Assembly (NCBI GenBank): GCA_016192985.1
Contig: JACPTC010000017.1
Location: 65,766 to 129,765 of the forward strand
Length of the DNA: 64,000 nucleotides
DNA from: Candidatus Woesearchaeota archaeon
GTDB taxonomy: Archaea; Nanobdellota; Nanobdellia; Woesearchaeales; GW2011-AR4
Direction of reading: 5' to 3'
The notes below the pieces were generated by a model that was given only the letters and a program-made list of their open reading frames with translations, did not search any database and was not told the DNA's origin. The position numbers were made by a program, and so were the translations under genes. Shown here piece after piece: positions 19,780-28,472 of the stretch (positions are counted from its first letter, which is position 1; each line of letters opens with the position of its first letter).

Positions 19780-20829
19780 GTGGACTTGCAAAGCGTCGTA
19801 GGTTTAGAAAAGATTTTGAGCTCTACAGGTGCGCCTACGAGAATTATTCTAGGAAATGATGTTGTTTATGCTAACCCTGCTTTTCTCAGATTATTGGGGA
19901 TTGAAGAAGCTCATGCGCTCGGACCATGGAGGCATAATTTAGTTGCTGAGGATGTGCCCGGAGCCGTTGCAGGAATGGAGCTTATCATGTCCGGTAAGGA
20001 ATCTCATGCAGAATATGTGTATAGGATGGCTGATGCAAGCGGAAGAACAAAATATTTTAAAGTTTTTGCCTCTGAAGTGGCTTATGACAACCAGCTTGCT
20101 GTTATGGAAACTCTTTTTGATGTTACAGAATATGCACATGCAGCAGAAAGACAACTTGCGGCAATTGCGCATGAGCTGCGTACGCCTTTAAATATTGTAA
20201 GGCTAACCGCATCTGTATTGGAAAGGATTGACCCAAGCGACCCAAAGTTTATGAAACTTCTGAATCGCATAGCTCCCAATGCAGAACGAATGGCAGAAAC
20301 AATTGAAACTCTTATGGCTTTGGCACGCGCTGAACACGATATTAACAAAGAGCACGTTAATTTGACAAAAATGGCTTATATGACTATGGAGCGCCTTATG
20401 CAGCAAGATCCAAAGCGAAATGTGCAATACTCTATCCAAGATGGAGTTGAAGCAAGTGGCGACAAAAGTTTGCTAGGCGTAGTTTTAACGAACTTGCTGG
20501 GAAACGCTTGGAAATACACAAGCAGAATAACTGATGGGCCAGCCTTAATAGAGTTTGGCTGTCGTCCATACAATGGTAATGACACAAGTCATAGTGGAGA
20601 CTGGGCATATTTTGTTCGTGACAATGGCGCTGGATTTGATCCGGCTACTGCTCAAAACTTATTTGGTTTTGGTCAACGCCTGCATTCTGAGCAACAATTT
20701 AAAGGAAACGGAATCGGGCTTAATACGGTAAAAAAAATAATAGAGTGCCACGGCGGCAAAATATGGGCTGAAGGCGCTGTTGGCAAAGGCGCGACTTTCT
20801 ACTTTACACTGCCTTTAGGTCAATCTTAA
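19780..20829 (+). CDS. Sensor histidine kinase (PAS-like N-terminus, HisKA, HATPase_c)
   Basis: H-box IAHELRTPLN, N-box LLGNAWKYT, G1 DNGAGFD, G2 GNGIGLNTVKKIIECHGG. GTG start. GC content is visibly above the local background. Confidence 0.8.
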   Translation: MDLQSVVGLEKILSSTGAPTRIILGNDVVYANPAFLRLLGIEEAHALGPWRHNLVAEDVPGAVAGMELIMSGKESHAEYVYRMADASGRTKYFKVFASEVAYDNQLAVMETLFDVTEYAHAAERQLAAIAHELRTPLNIVRLTASVLERIDPSDPKFMKLLNRIAPNAERMAETIETLMALARAEHDINKEHVNLTKMAYMTMERLMQQDPKRNVQYSIQDGVEASGDKSLLGVVLTNLLGNAWKYTSRITDGPALIEFGCRPYNGNDTSHSGDWAYFVRDNGAGFDPATAQNLFGFGQRLHSEQQFKGNGIGLNTVKKIIECHGGKIWAEGAVGKGATFYFTLPLGQS

Positions 20830-20956
20830 TAAACTCAAAACCATTTGACAGAGAACAGCTTGTGTTATACTATCCTATTATTTGTCAGTAGCAGCATAAT
20901 CCATTTTCTGATTATAAAAAGATTTAAAAGATGGCTTAGTCGTATGAGATAAAGAA

Positions 20957-22003
20957 ATGACAAAAAGCATATTAAAACCACTAAAACAAGCGGGATGGAA
21001 TGGTAGCCAGAGAATGATATTCATAGCGCTGAATGGTATTGGCAATACAATCATTCTGACTCCTGCCTTGGTAAATCTCAAGAAGAATTGGCCTAAATCT
21101 TATGTCACAGTATTGACTTTGAGAGATTCTGTGGGAATTATCTCAAGCAATCCTTATATAGACGATGTTATTGTTTACCCATCAAAAAAATCATTATTAT
21201 CAAGAATCGTGTTTCTATTAAAACTAAGAAGGCAAAAATATGATATAAGCTTTTATCCGTATCCAAATGTCAATATAATGAGTGCATTATTTGCATTTAT
21301 CATAGGAGCAAAATGCAGGGTAAATTTTTATTACAGATTTCTGGGCAAGTGGAGCGGGATTTTTGACTCTATCAGCGTTCCGGTCGACCTTGAAAAGCAC
21401 GATATAGAAAAAAATCTGGATTTGCTTAGGGCATTAAACCTGAAAATATACTCTAAAAACCCCTGTATCTACATTAAAAAAGAAGATACGAAATATGTTG
21501 ACGGGCTTCTTAAAAATAATGTAAAAAGAAAAGACATATTGATTGGCATGCATGTTGGCTCAAAAGAAGGAATGAGAATATGGCATACGGAAAATTTCGC
21601 TTCTTTAGCTAAGAAGCTTTCAGCGGATAAAAGAGTTAAAATATTGCTTGTCGGCACAGATATAGAAATGAACCTCATCAAAGATTTTGGCGAATTTAAA
21701 AAGCAGAATATCATCAACCTTATAAACAAGACGACAATACCTCAAACAACTGCATTAATCGGAAGATGCAAGCTTTTTGTTACAACAGACTCTGGACCTA
21801 TGCACATGGCAGTTGCTGCTGGAACAAGGGTAATTGCCGTTTATCTTGGCCCGCATATAAAAAGAACCGCGCCATACGGCAAAAAGCACATAGTATTTTT
21901 GACAAACAAGGCTACTCATAAGGAAGACAAAAACAAAAACCACATTTACGTTGACAAAGTGACTCCAGACATGGTTTTTAAAAAAATTAGGAAGATACTG
22001 TGA
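20957..22003 (+). CDS. GT9-family glycosyltransferase (heptosyltransferase-like)
   Basis: GT9 signature KLFVTTDSGPMHMAVAAGTRVIAVYLGP; HVGSKEGMRIWHTENF. Confidence 0.7.
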   Translation: MTKSILKPLKQAGWNGSQRMIFIALNGIGNTIILTPALVNLKKNWPKSYVTVLTLRDSVGIISSNPYIDDVIVYPSKKSLLSRIVFLLKLRRQKYDISFYPYPNVNIMSALFAFIIGAKCRVNFYYRFLGKWSGIFDSISVPVDLEKHDIEKNLDLLRALNLKIYSKNPCIYIKKEDTKYVDGLLKNNVKRKDILIGMHVGSKEGMRIWHTENFASLAKKLSADKRVKILLVGTDIEMNLIKDFGEFKKQNIINLINKTTIPQTTALIGRCKLFVTTDSGPMHMAVAAGTRVIAVYLGPHIKRTAPYGKKHIVFLTNKATHKEDKNKNHIYVDKVTPDMVFKKIRKIL

Positions 22004-22016
22004 TTCCTTATAAAAA

Positions 22017-23144
22017 TCACTGAATGAAACATCTATAAAATTTTTCAGCCACCTTGCCTATTGTAAAATTATTCAAAATATACCTTCTGCCCTTATCTGC
22101 CAATTTTTCAGCATATTTTTTGTTATCCAGCAGCATTTTGATGCCATTTGCCATATCATTAACGTCAAATTTTTTTGTAACAATTCCATATTCCTTGTTT
22201 TTGACCGCAAACTCAACACCGCCGCAATCCATAACCAACACTGGAATTCTGCATGCAAGAGCCTCATTCACAGCAGGAGTAATCTCTTGTGTATTTGCGA
22301 GAACAAAAACAGAGGACATATTATATATGACAGCAAGCTCAGCGTGGCTCTTTGCCCCTAAAAACTTTATCTTATCTCCTATCCCCAAACCTTCAGATAA
22401 CTGAACAAGTTCGTCTTTATAATAACCCTCGCCAACAATCCATAACTCAATGTCATAGCCCCTATCTATAATCTCTTTTGCTGCCCTGATAATCATATCG
22501 TGACCTTTTAATTTATAAAGCGCACCAACCGATAAAACAACAGGTCTTGAGTTTTTTTTAACATTCATGGGCTTGAAGCAATGTACATCAGTGGGATGCC
22601 CAATTACCACACTTTTTTTGGAACCTTTCTGCAGCAAACCAAGGTTTATGCATCTTTTTTCAGCTTCAGGGTTTGCAAATAAAAGGTATCTTGCGTAATT
22701 GCAGGCTTTTTCAGCAAAATACAACGCTATTGGTTTTGTATACTTAAATAAGAAAAAACCCTCAATGGTCTGGGAAGTCCTGTATATCAGCCTGATTTTG
22801 TATTTTTTAGCTGCCAAATATGATTGATAGGCAAACCAATAAAATTCAGGATTACTTGATTCTATGGCATCATAACCCTTTAATTTGCCAATCAAATCAA
22901 AATAATAAAACCTTGGAAAACCCAAAAGCAGGAATATTTTTTCGATTACCGTTCTATAATCCAAGCTATTTATCTTTTCAACTTTAAAGTTTTTGTAAGA
23001 AAAATTGTTTTTTGCATCGGTAAATATTGTAACTTCTATCCTATATTTTTTTATCAAATATTCATAAACTTTCAGTAAATTTTGCAATGAGGACTTTATG
23101 TCGGGCTGTGTAGGAATTACAACAGCCACTCTCAATTTTTTCAT
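22017..23144 (-). CDS. GT4-family glycosyltransferase (Glycos_transf_1)
   Basis: C-terminal E...PVLVMDCGGVEFAV motif region and LGIGDKIKFLG. Start set at MKKLRVAVVIPT to avoid overlap with the wecB-like gene. Confidence 0.7.
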   Translation of the reverse strand: MKKLRVAVVIPTQPDIKSSLQNLLKVYEYLIKKYRIEVTIFTDAKNNFSYKNFKVEKINSLDYRTVIEKIFLLLGFPRFYYFDLIGKLKGYDAIESSNPEFYWFAYQSYLAAKKYKIRLIYRTSQTIEGFFLFKYTKPIALYFAEKACNYARYLLFANPEAEKRCINLGLLQKGSKKSVVIGHPTDVHCFKPMNVKKNSRPVVLSVGALYKLKGHDMIIRAAKEIIDRGYDIELWIVGEGYYKDELVQLSEGLGIGDKIKFLGAKSHAELAVIYNMSSVFVLANTQEITPAVNEALACRIPVLVMDCGGVEFAVKNKEYGIVTKKFDVNDMANGIKMLLDNKKYAEKLADKGRRYILNNFTIGKVAEKFYRCFIQ

Positions 23145-23196
23145 ATTATTCCTCAATAGATAACTATTTATATACCTTTTTGTTTTTTCAGACGAT

Positions 23197-24309
23197 ATGT
23201 TGAAAATAATAAATGTAGTGGGAACAAGACCTAACTTCATTAAGATAGCGCCTCTAATAAAAGAGATGAAGAAGCATAAGGATATAAACCCTATTTTGAT
23301 ACACACTGGCCAACACTATGACGCTTCTATGTCAAAAGCCTTTTTTGAGGATTTAAATATACCAAAACCCAATCTGAACCTCGAAGTTGGCTCAGCTTCT
23401 GACGCCGCTCAAACTGCCAAGATAATGCTAAAATTTGAGAAAGCGCTGTTGAAGGAGAAGCCTGATTTGGTTTTAGTTGTTGGCGATGTAAATTCTACCT
23501 TTGCAGCAGCTATCACAGCAAAAAAATGCGGAATTAAAGTTGCGCATGTTGAATCTGGCCTAAGGAGTTTTGACATGAAAATGCCTGAAGAAATAAACAG
23601 GATTCTTACAGACCACGTTTCAGACTTTTTGTTTACAACAGAAAAAAGCGCAAATCAAAATTTAATTAACGAAGGCATAGACAAGAAAAAGATATTATAT
23701 GTTGGAAATGTGATGATAGATACGCTAATAAGCCACAGGGAAAAGGCGAAAAAATCAAGAATATTGCAGAAGTTAGGTTTATACAAGAAGGAATATGCCG
23801 TCCTGACACTGCATAGGCCGAGCAATGTCGATGATAACGAATCGTTTAAATCTATTTTCAATATTTTAAATAAAGTCCAGAGAAAAATCAAGATTGTATT
23901 CCCTATACACCCAAGAACACTAAAAAATTTGAAGAAACACTGCTTATTGGAAAGTCTCAAAAGTAAAAAGAGCATAGTGCTGACAGAGCCGCTTGGCTAC
24001 CTTGACTTCTTAAGCTTGATGATAAATTCAAAATTTGTTATCACGGATTCTGGCGGAATACAGGAAGAAACTACAGTCTTAAATGTACCTTGCGTGACCA
24101 TCAGGAATACCACAGAAAGGCCAATAACCACAACAGAAGGCACTAATGTTCTTGTTAGTACAGATGAAGATAAGATACTCAATTCTTGCAATCATATTAT
24201 AAAGGGAGTAAATGTAAAAAGCAAAATCCCTAAACTGTGGGATGGCAAGGCTGCAGACAGGATAATCAACATCCTATTGGCAAATTTGGGACGCAATCAT
24301 CAAACATAA
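23197..24309 (+). CDS. UDP-N-acetylglucosamine 2-epimerase (non-hydrolysing, WecB-like)
   Basis: MLKIINVVGTRPNFIKIAPL, HTGQHYD, DSGGIQEE. Confidence 0.8.
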   Translation: MLKIINVVGTRPNFIKIAPLIKEMKKHKDINPILIHTGQHYDASMSKAFFEDLNIPKPNLNLEVGSASDAAQTAKIMLKFEKALLKEKPDLVLVVGDVNSTFAAAITAKKCGIKVAHVESGLRSFDMKMPEEINRILTDHVSDFLFTTEKSANQNLINEGIDKKKILYVGNVMIDTLISHREKAKKSRILQKLGLYKKEYAVLTLHRPSNVDDNESFKSIFNILNKVQRKIKIVFPIHPRTLKNLKKHCLLESLKSKKSIVLTEPLGYLDFLSLMINSKFVITDSGGIQEETTVLNVPCVTIRNTTERPITTTEGTNVLVSTDEDKILNSCNHIIKGVNVKSKIPKLWDGKAADRIINILLANLGRNHQT

Positions 24310-24319
24310 AGTATATATA

Positions 24320-25777
24320 ATGATGTCTGCTCTAAATGATTTTATGTCTATCCAATCAAGAATATTGAAGAATATAAGTTTTGTAAGCGCTGGCGAGCTA
24401 ATATCAAATTTTTTATCATATTTTCTAATCATTTTTATTGCCCGACTCCTCGGATCTGAAGGACTGGGAATTTACTCATTTGCATTCGCATTTGTTGGGC
24501 TGTTTGCGGTCTTCAATGATTTTGGACTTTCAACTTTTTTCGTTAGAGAAGTTTCAAAGAAAAGGGAAGATATAGAAAAATATTTTGGCAATTACGCCGC
24601 AATGAGGCTCATCTTGTGCATTATTTCGGCTGTATTGCCTTTGGTATTCATTTTATTCTTAAAGAGGTCGTCGTATGTTGTTGGTGTTGTGTATCTGGCT
24701 GCCGTAGCACTTTTCTTCCAAAATTACTCTTATATTCCGAGAAATACGTTTCTGGCTTATCAGGTTATGCAGTATGATTCTGCCATCAAGATAATCGAAA
24801 GAATTGTTGCATTTACGTTAGGTTTGTACGTGCTCTGGGCAGGCTACGGATTGCTGGCGTTTCTTATAGTGCTTGCTATATCCAATTTTATAGCGTATAT
24901 AATGTCTGTGATATTTCTAAGAAAGATAAATATAAAGTTTAGATTCAAAATAGACTATAAAATATGGAAATCAATGCTCAAAACTTCTTGGCCATTTTGG
25001 CTTTCAATGATTTTTTTACAAATTTATTTTCAGCTAGACACAGTGATGCTTTCTTTTATGAAAGGATACGAGGCTACTGGATTGTATAATGCAGCTTACA
25101 AGTTGATATTTGTTGCTGATAAAATACCTTTGATAATTGGTCTTGTATTATTTCCTGTTATGTCTGAGCTATACGCTAGCATGTCAAAGGGACTATTAAA
25201 AAAAACACTTCAAAAAGGCTCACATTTAATGATAATTTTGAGTCTTCCATTGATTTCAGGCACAGTTATTTTGGCAGACCGGATAATATTATTTATCTAT
25301 AAATCCGATTTTAAAGGCTCTATTATTGCCCTTCAAATACTGATATGGACTACCTTTTTCATGTTTCTGAGTTATCTTATCGGCTGGTTCCTTAATGCAA
25401 CTAACAGGCAGAAGATTTTTACATATACTACGGGCTTGTGTCTCGCTTTTAATGTAATACTAAATTTTATGCTTATACCCTCCTTTGGTTACACTGGAGC
25501 TTCGATAGCGACGCTTGTAACCGCCGCATTGAATTTTTTATTATTATACCATTTTAGTATCAAATCCGGATATTTTGTAAATATTTTCAAATTAATTTTA
25601 AAACCCCTAATTGCCGCTATACTGATGGGAGCATTGATAATCTTTTTTGGGAAAGATATTCATCTTCTCGCATTGATACCTGTATCAGCTCTTTTTTATT
25701 TTTTATTGCTTATTCTTATGAAAGATGTCAAAAAAACGGACTTTGAGGATTTCCTTTCAAAGAAAAGTTTTAAATAA
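24320..25777 (+). CDS. Wzx-like oligosaccharide flippase (MOP/polysaccharide biosynthesis protein family)
   Basis: 485 aa, about 12-14 TM helices, polysacc_synt-like organisation. Confidence 0.6.
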   Translation: MMSALNDFMSIQSRILKNISFVSAGELISNFLSYFLIIFIARLLGSEGLGIYSFAFAFVGLFAVFNDFGLSTFFVREVSKKREDIEKYFGNYAAMRLILCIISAVLPLVFILFLKRSSYVVGVVYLAAVALFFQNYSYIPRNTFLAYQVMQYDSAIKIIERIVAFTLGLYVLWAGYGLLAFLIVLAISNFIAYIMSVIFLRKINIKFRFKIDYKIWKSMLKTSWPFWLSMIFLQIYFQLDTVMLSFMKGYEATGLYNAAYKLIFVADKIPLIIGLVLFPVMSELYASMSKGLLKKTLQKGSHLMIILSLPLISGTVILADRIILFIYKSDFKGSIIALQILIWTTFFMFLSYLIGWFLNATNRQKIFTYTTGLCLAFNVILNFMLIPSFGYTGASIATLVTAALNFLLLYHFSIKSGYFVNIFKLILKPLIAAILMGALIIFFGKDIHLLALIPVSALFYFLLLILMKDVKKTDFEDFLSKKSFK

Positions 25778-25799
25778 GCCCCAAAAATCCGCAGATAAA

Positions 25800-28439
25800 A
25801 TGCCTACAATACTCGGCTTTCATAGCCATAATCTTACAGGCGCTGCGCTCGTCAGTGACGGAAGGATTATTTCTGCAGTCAATGAGGAAAGACTAGACCG
25901 AATTAAAAACAGCCCTGCATTTCCTGAGAAATCTATAAAAGAAGTTTTAAGAGAAGGAGAGATGAAAAATGAGGAAGTAGACTCTATTGCGATAGGTGAC
26001 CTTATTTACAAATTTCCCGCCATTAGTGAATACATCAAGAGATTATTTGTAACTTCCCCAAAATACCACTACAATATAATTGGAAGGATTAAGCATATAT
26101 GGAATATGCAATCAAAATGTTCCAAGGCAAATTTTAGATACTCAAACAAAAATTTTCCTGGCAAAAATATCAATAATGTAGAGCATCATGTCGCGCATGC
26201 CGCTTCTGCCCATTTTACTAGCGGCAATGATAAAAACTTGATAGTGACTATTGACGGGTGGGGCGATAAACTGTCAAATGGCGCATACATCGGCAATAAA
26301 GCTAGCATTAATAGATTATACAGCTCTTATGATTTGGACTCATTGGGCTACTTTTATAGCAGAATCACTGTTGCTTTGGGCTTCAAGCCCCACAGGCACG
26401 AAGGAAAGATAACAGGACTCGCTGCTTATGGAAAGCCAAGCAGCGATTTAACTAAATTAATGGACAAAATGGGATATTTTGATAGAAGGAACATGAGATT
26501 CAAGTTCAATCTCGGTGAAGATTATTTCCCAACGCTGGATGTCAAGGAAAAGCTTATACATAAACTATCAAAATTTAAGAAAGAGGATGTTGCTGCAGCA
26601 GCCCAAAAATTTCTTGAGGACACAACAAGGCAGTATGTAACAGCTTTAATAGATAAAGAAGGCAGCCATCACCTAGTATGTGCTGGAGGAATCTTCGCTA
26701 ATGTTAAAATGAACCAGATAATCAAGGATTTGCCAGGAGTTAAAAGCATTTTTGTTCATCCAAACATGGGGGACGAAGGCTTGTGCCTTGGATGCGCCCT
26801 AAAAACCTATAATGATAAGTATGGGTATATGAATGTTAGATTAAAAGATGTTTATTTTGGTCCAGAATTTACAGATCAAGAAATTAAAGAAGAGCTTGAC
26901 AAGTTCAATCTGGAATATGAGCACTTAAAAGACATTGAGTACCAAGCTGCAGAACTGCTGTCCAAAGGCAAGGTGGTTGCCCGCTTCAATGGCAGAATGG
27001 AGTATGGGCCAAGAGCTTTAGGCAACAGAAGCATTCTTTATCAGACACAAGACAAAAGTGTAAATGACTGGCTTAACAAGCATTTGCATAGGTGTTATGA
27101 TGATAAAACAGAAATTTTGACTAGTGAAGGTTGGAAGCTTATTAAGGACATTTCAGATGGCGAAGTTGTAGCAACGCTCAATCCAAAAAAAGACAGCCTC
27201 GAGTTTCAAAAAATCACCAAAAAAATTTCATATGATTATGACGGGCAAATGTTTAAGATTAAAAACAAGAGGATAGATCTGGTTATAACTCCTAATCATA
27301 ATCTATGGGTTAAAAAAAAGCATGGATCATCCTTTTCATTTATAAAAGTGGATGATGTTGCAAAAATAAGAACATATCATTATCAAAAAAAAGGAGGAGT
27401 TGATTGGAAAGGTAAAAGACGCGAAAGCTTCAGATTAGGAAGAAAAAAAATCCTTATGGATATTTGGTTGGAATTTTTAGGATATTACCTTTCCGAAGGC
27501 AGTGTTTATTATGATGGATATGGTCATTATAGGGTTTCCATTGCGCAATCAAAGAATTCTCGGCATTTTATCTCAATAGAAAGATGCTTAAAAAAACTTC
27601 CATTTAAGTTTTTTTATTCAAAAAAAGAATTTATTGCCAATAATAAAATGCTTTTTGATTATCTAAAAAAGCTTGGCAAATCTGGAAATAAGTATATCGC
27701 TAGAGAGTTTATGTCTTTAGAGAAGAAACAGCTTATGATTTTATTTAAAGCTTTAATTGACGGAGACGGCAACATAAGGGGAAACGGCTATAGATACGCT
27801 ACTACCAGCAGATTGCTTGCTGATAATGTTCAAGAGCTAGCGTTTAAATTAGGTTATAGTGCTTATTTATCCATGCAGAAGAAAAGTCTTAATCCAAAGC
27901 ATAATCAGTTGTATATGGTTAAGATAGGAAGAAGTCCTGTGGCTACTGTAAGAGCTAATCAAATAACTAAAATTCCATATAAGGGGAATGTATATTGTGT
28001 TACCGTGCCTAATCATATTATCTATGTAAGGCGCAACGGCAAGAGCGTTTTTTCAGGAAACACAGAATTTATGCCTTTCGCGCCAGTAACCATAGCAAAA
28101 TATGCAGATAAATGCTACCAAGGCATAAGGGGGGCGGAATACACAGCAAAATTTATGACTATCACATTTGACTGCACAGACTGGATGAAAGAGGCTTGTC
28201 CAGGCGTTGTGCATATCGATGGAACTGCAAGACCGCAGTTGATTGAAGAATCCGATAATCCAAGCTATTTCAGGATAGTTGATGAATACAGGAAAATAAC
28301 AAATGTACCGTGCCTGATAAACACAAGCTTTAACATGCATGAAGAGCCTATTGTATGCACACCAAATGATGCAATAAGGGCATTTAAGGACGGCAATTTA
28401 GACTATTTGGCTATAGGAAATTATCTTGCAAGAAATTGA
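25800..28439 (+). CDS. Carbamoyltransferase (NodU/CmcH family) interrupted by an intein
   Basis: N-terminal MPTILGFHSHNLTGAALVSDGRII...EERLDRIKN and the conserved ...LNKHLHR|TEFMPFAPV motif split by a 323-aa insert. Mature host is about 557 aa. Start chosen at the MPTIL ATG at 25800. Confidence 0.8.
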   Translation: MPTILGFHSHNLTGAALVSDGRIISAVNEERLDRIKNSPAFPEKSIKEVLREGEMKNEEVDSIAIGDLIYKFPAISEYIKRLFVTSPKYHYNIIGRIKHIWNMQSKCSKANFRYSNKNFPGKNINNVEHHVAHAASAHFTSGNDKNLIVTIDGWGDKLSNGAYIGNKASINRLYSSYDLDSLGYFYSRITVALGFKPHRHEGKITGLAAYGKPSSDLTKLMDKMGYFDRRNMRFKFNLGEDYFPTLDVKEKLIHKLSKFKKEDVAAAAQKFLEDTTRQYVTALIDKEGSHHLVCAGGIFANVKMNQIIKDLPGVKSIFVHPNMGDEGLCLGCALKTYNDKYGYMNVRLKDVYFGPEFTDQEIKEELDKFNLEYEHLKDIEYQAAELLSKGKVVARFNGRMEYGPRALGNRSILYQTQDKSVNDWLNKHLHRCYDDKTEILTSEGWKLIKDISDGEVVATLNPKKDSLEFQKITKKISYDYDGQMFKIKNKRIDLVITPNHNLWVKKKHGSSFSFIKVDDVAKIRTYHYQKKGGVDWKGKRRESFRLGRKKILMDIWLEFLGYYLSEGSVYYDGYGHYRVSIAQSKNSRHFISIERCLKKLPFKFFYSKKEFIANNKMLFDYLKKLGKSGNKYIAREFMSLEKKQLMILFKALIDGDGNIRGNGYRYATTSRLLADNVQELAFKLGYSAYLSMQKKSLNPKHNQLYMVKIGRSPVATVRANQITKIPYKGNVYCVTVPNHIIYVRRNGKSVFSGNTEFMPFAPVTIAKYADKCYQGIRGAEYTAKFMTITFDCTDWMKEACPGVVHIDGTARPQLIEESDNPSYFRIVDEYRKITNVPCLINTSFNMHEEPIVCTPNDAIRAFKDGNLDYLAIGNYLARN
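27093..28061 (+). mobile_element. Intein with LAGLIDADG homing-endonuclease domain in the carbamoyltransferase
   Basis: Cys1 (R|CYDDKTEILTSEGW), block B TPNHN, LAGLIDADG motifs FLGYYLSEGSV and LIDGDGNI, block F VYCVTVPNHIIYV, terminal ...SVFSGN followed by +1 Thr. Penultimate residue is Gly rather than His. Confidence 0.75.
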
Positions 28440-28472
28440 TAAAGGTATCATATACATGGAGGAAAAGCTTGA

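Noticed and set aside
22017-23306. Full-length 429-aa version of the GT4 gene
   Set aside because: The N-terminal 54 codons overlap the convergently arranged promoter region and start of the wecB-like gene, and contain a hydrophobic non-GT segment. The internal MKKLRVAVVIPT start gives a normal GT4 N-terminus.
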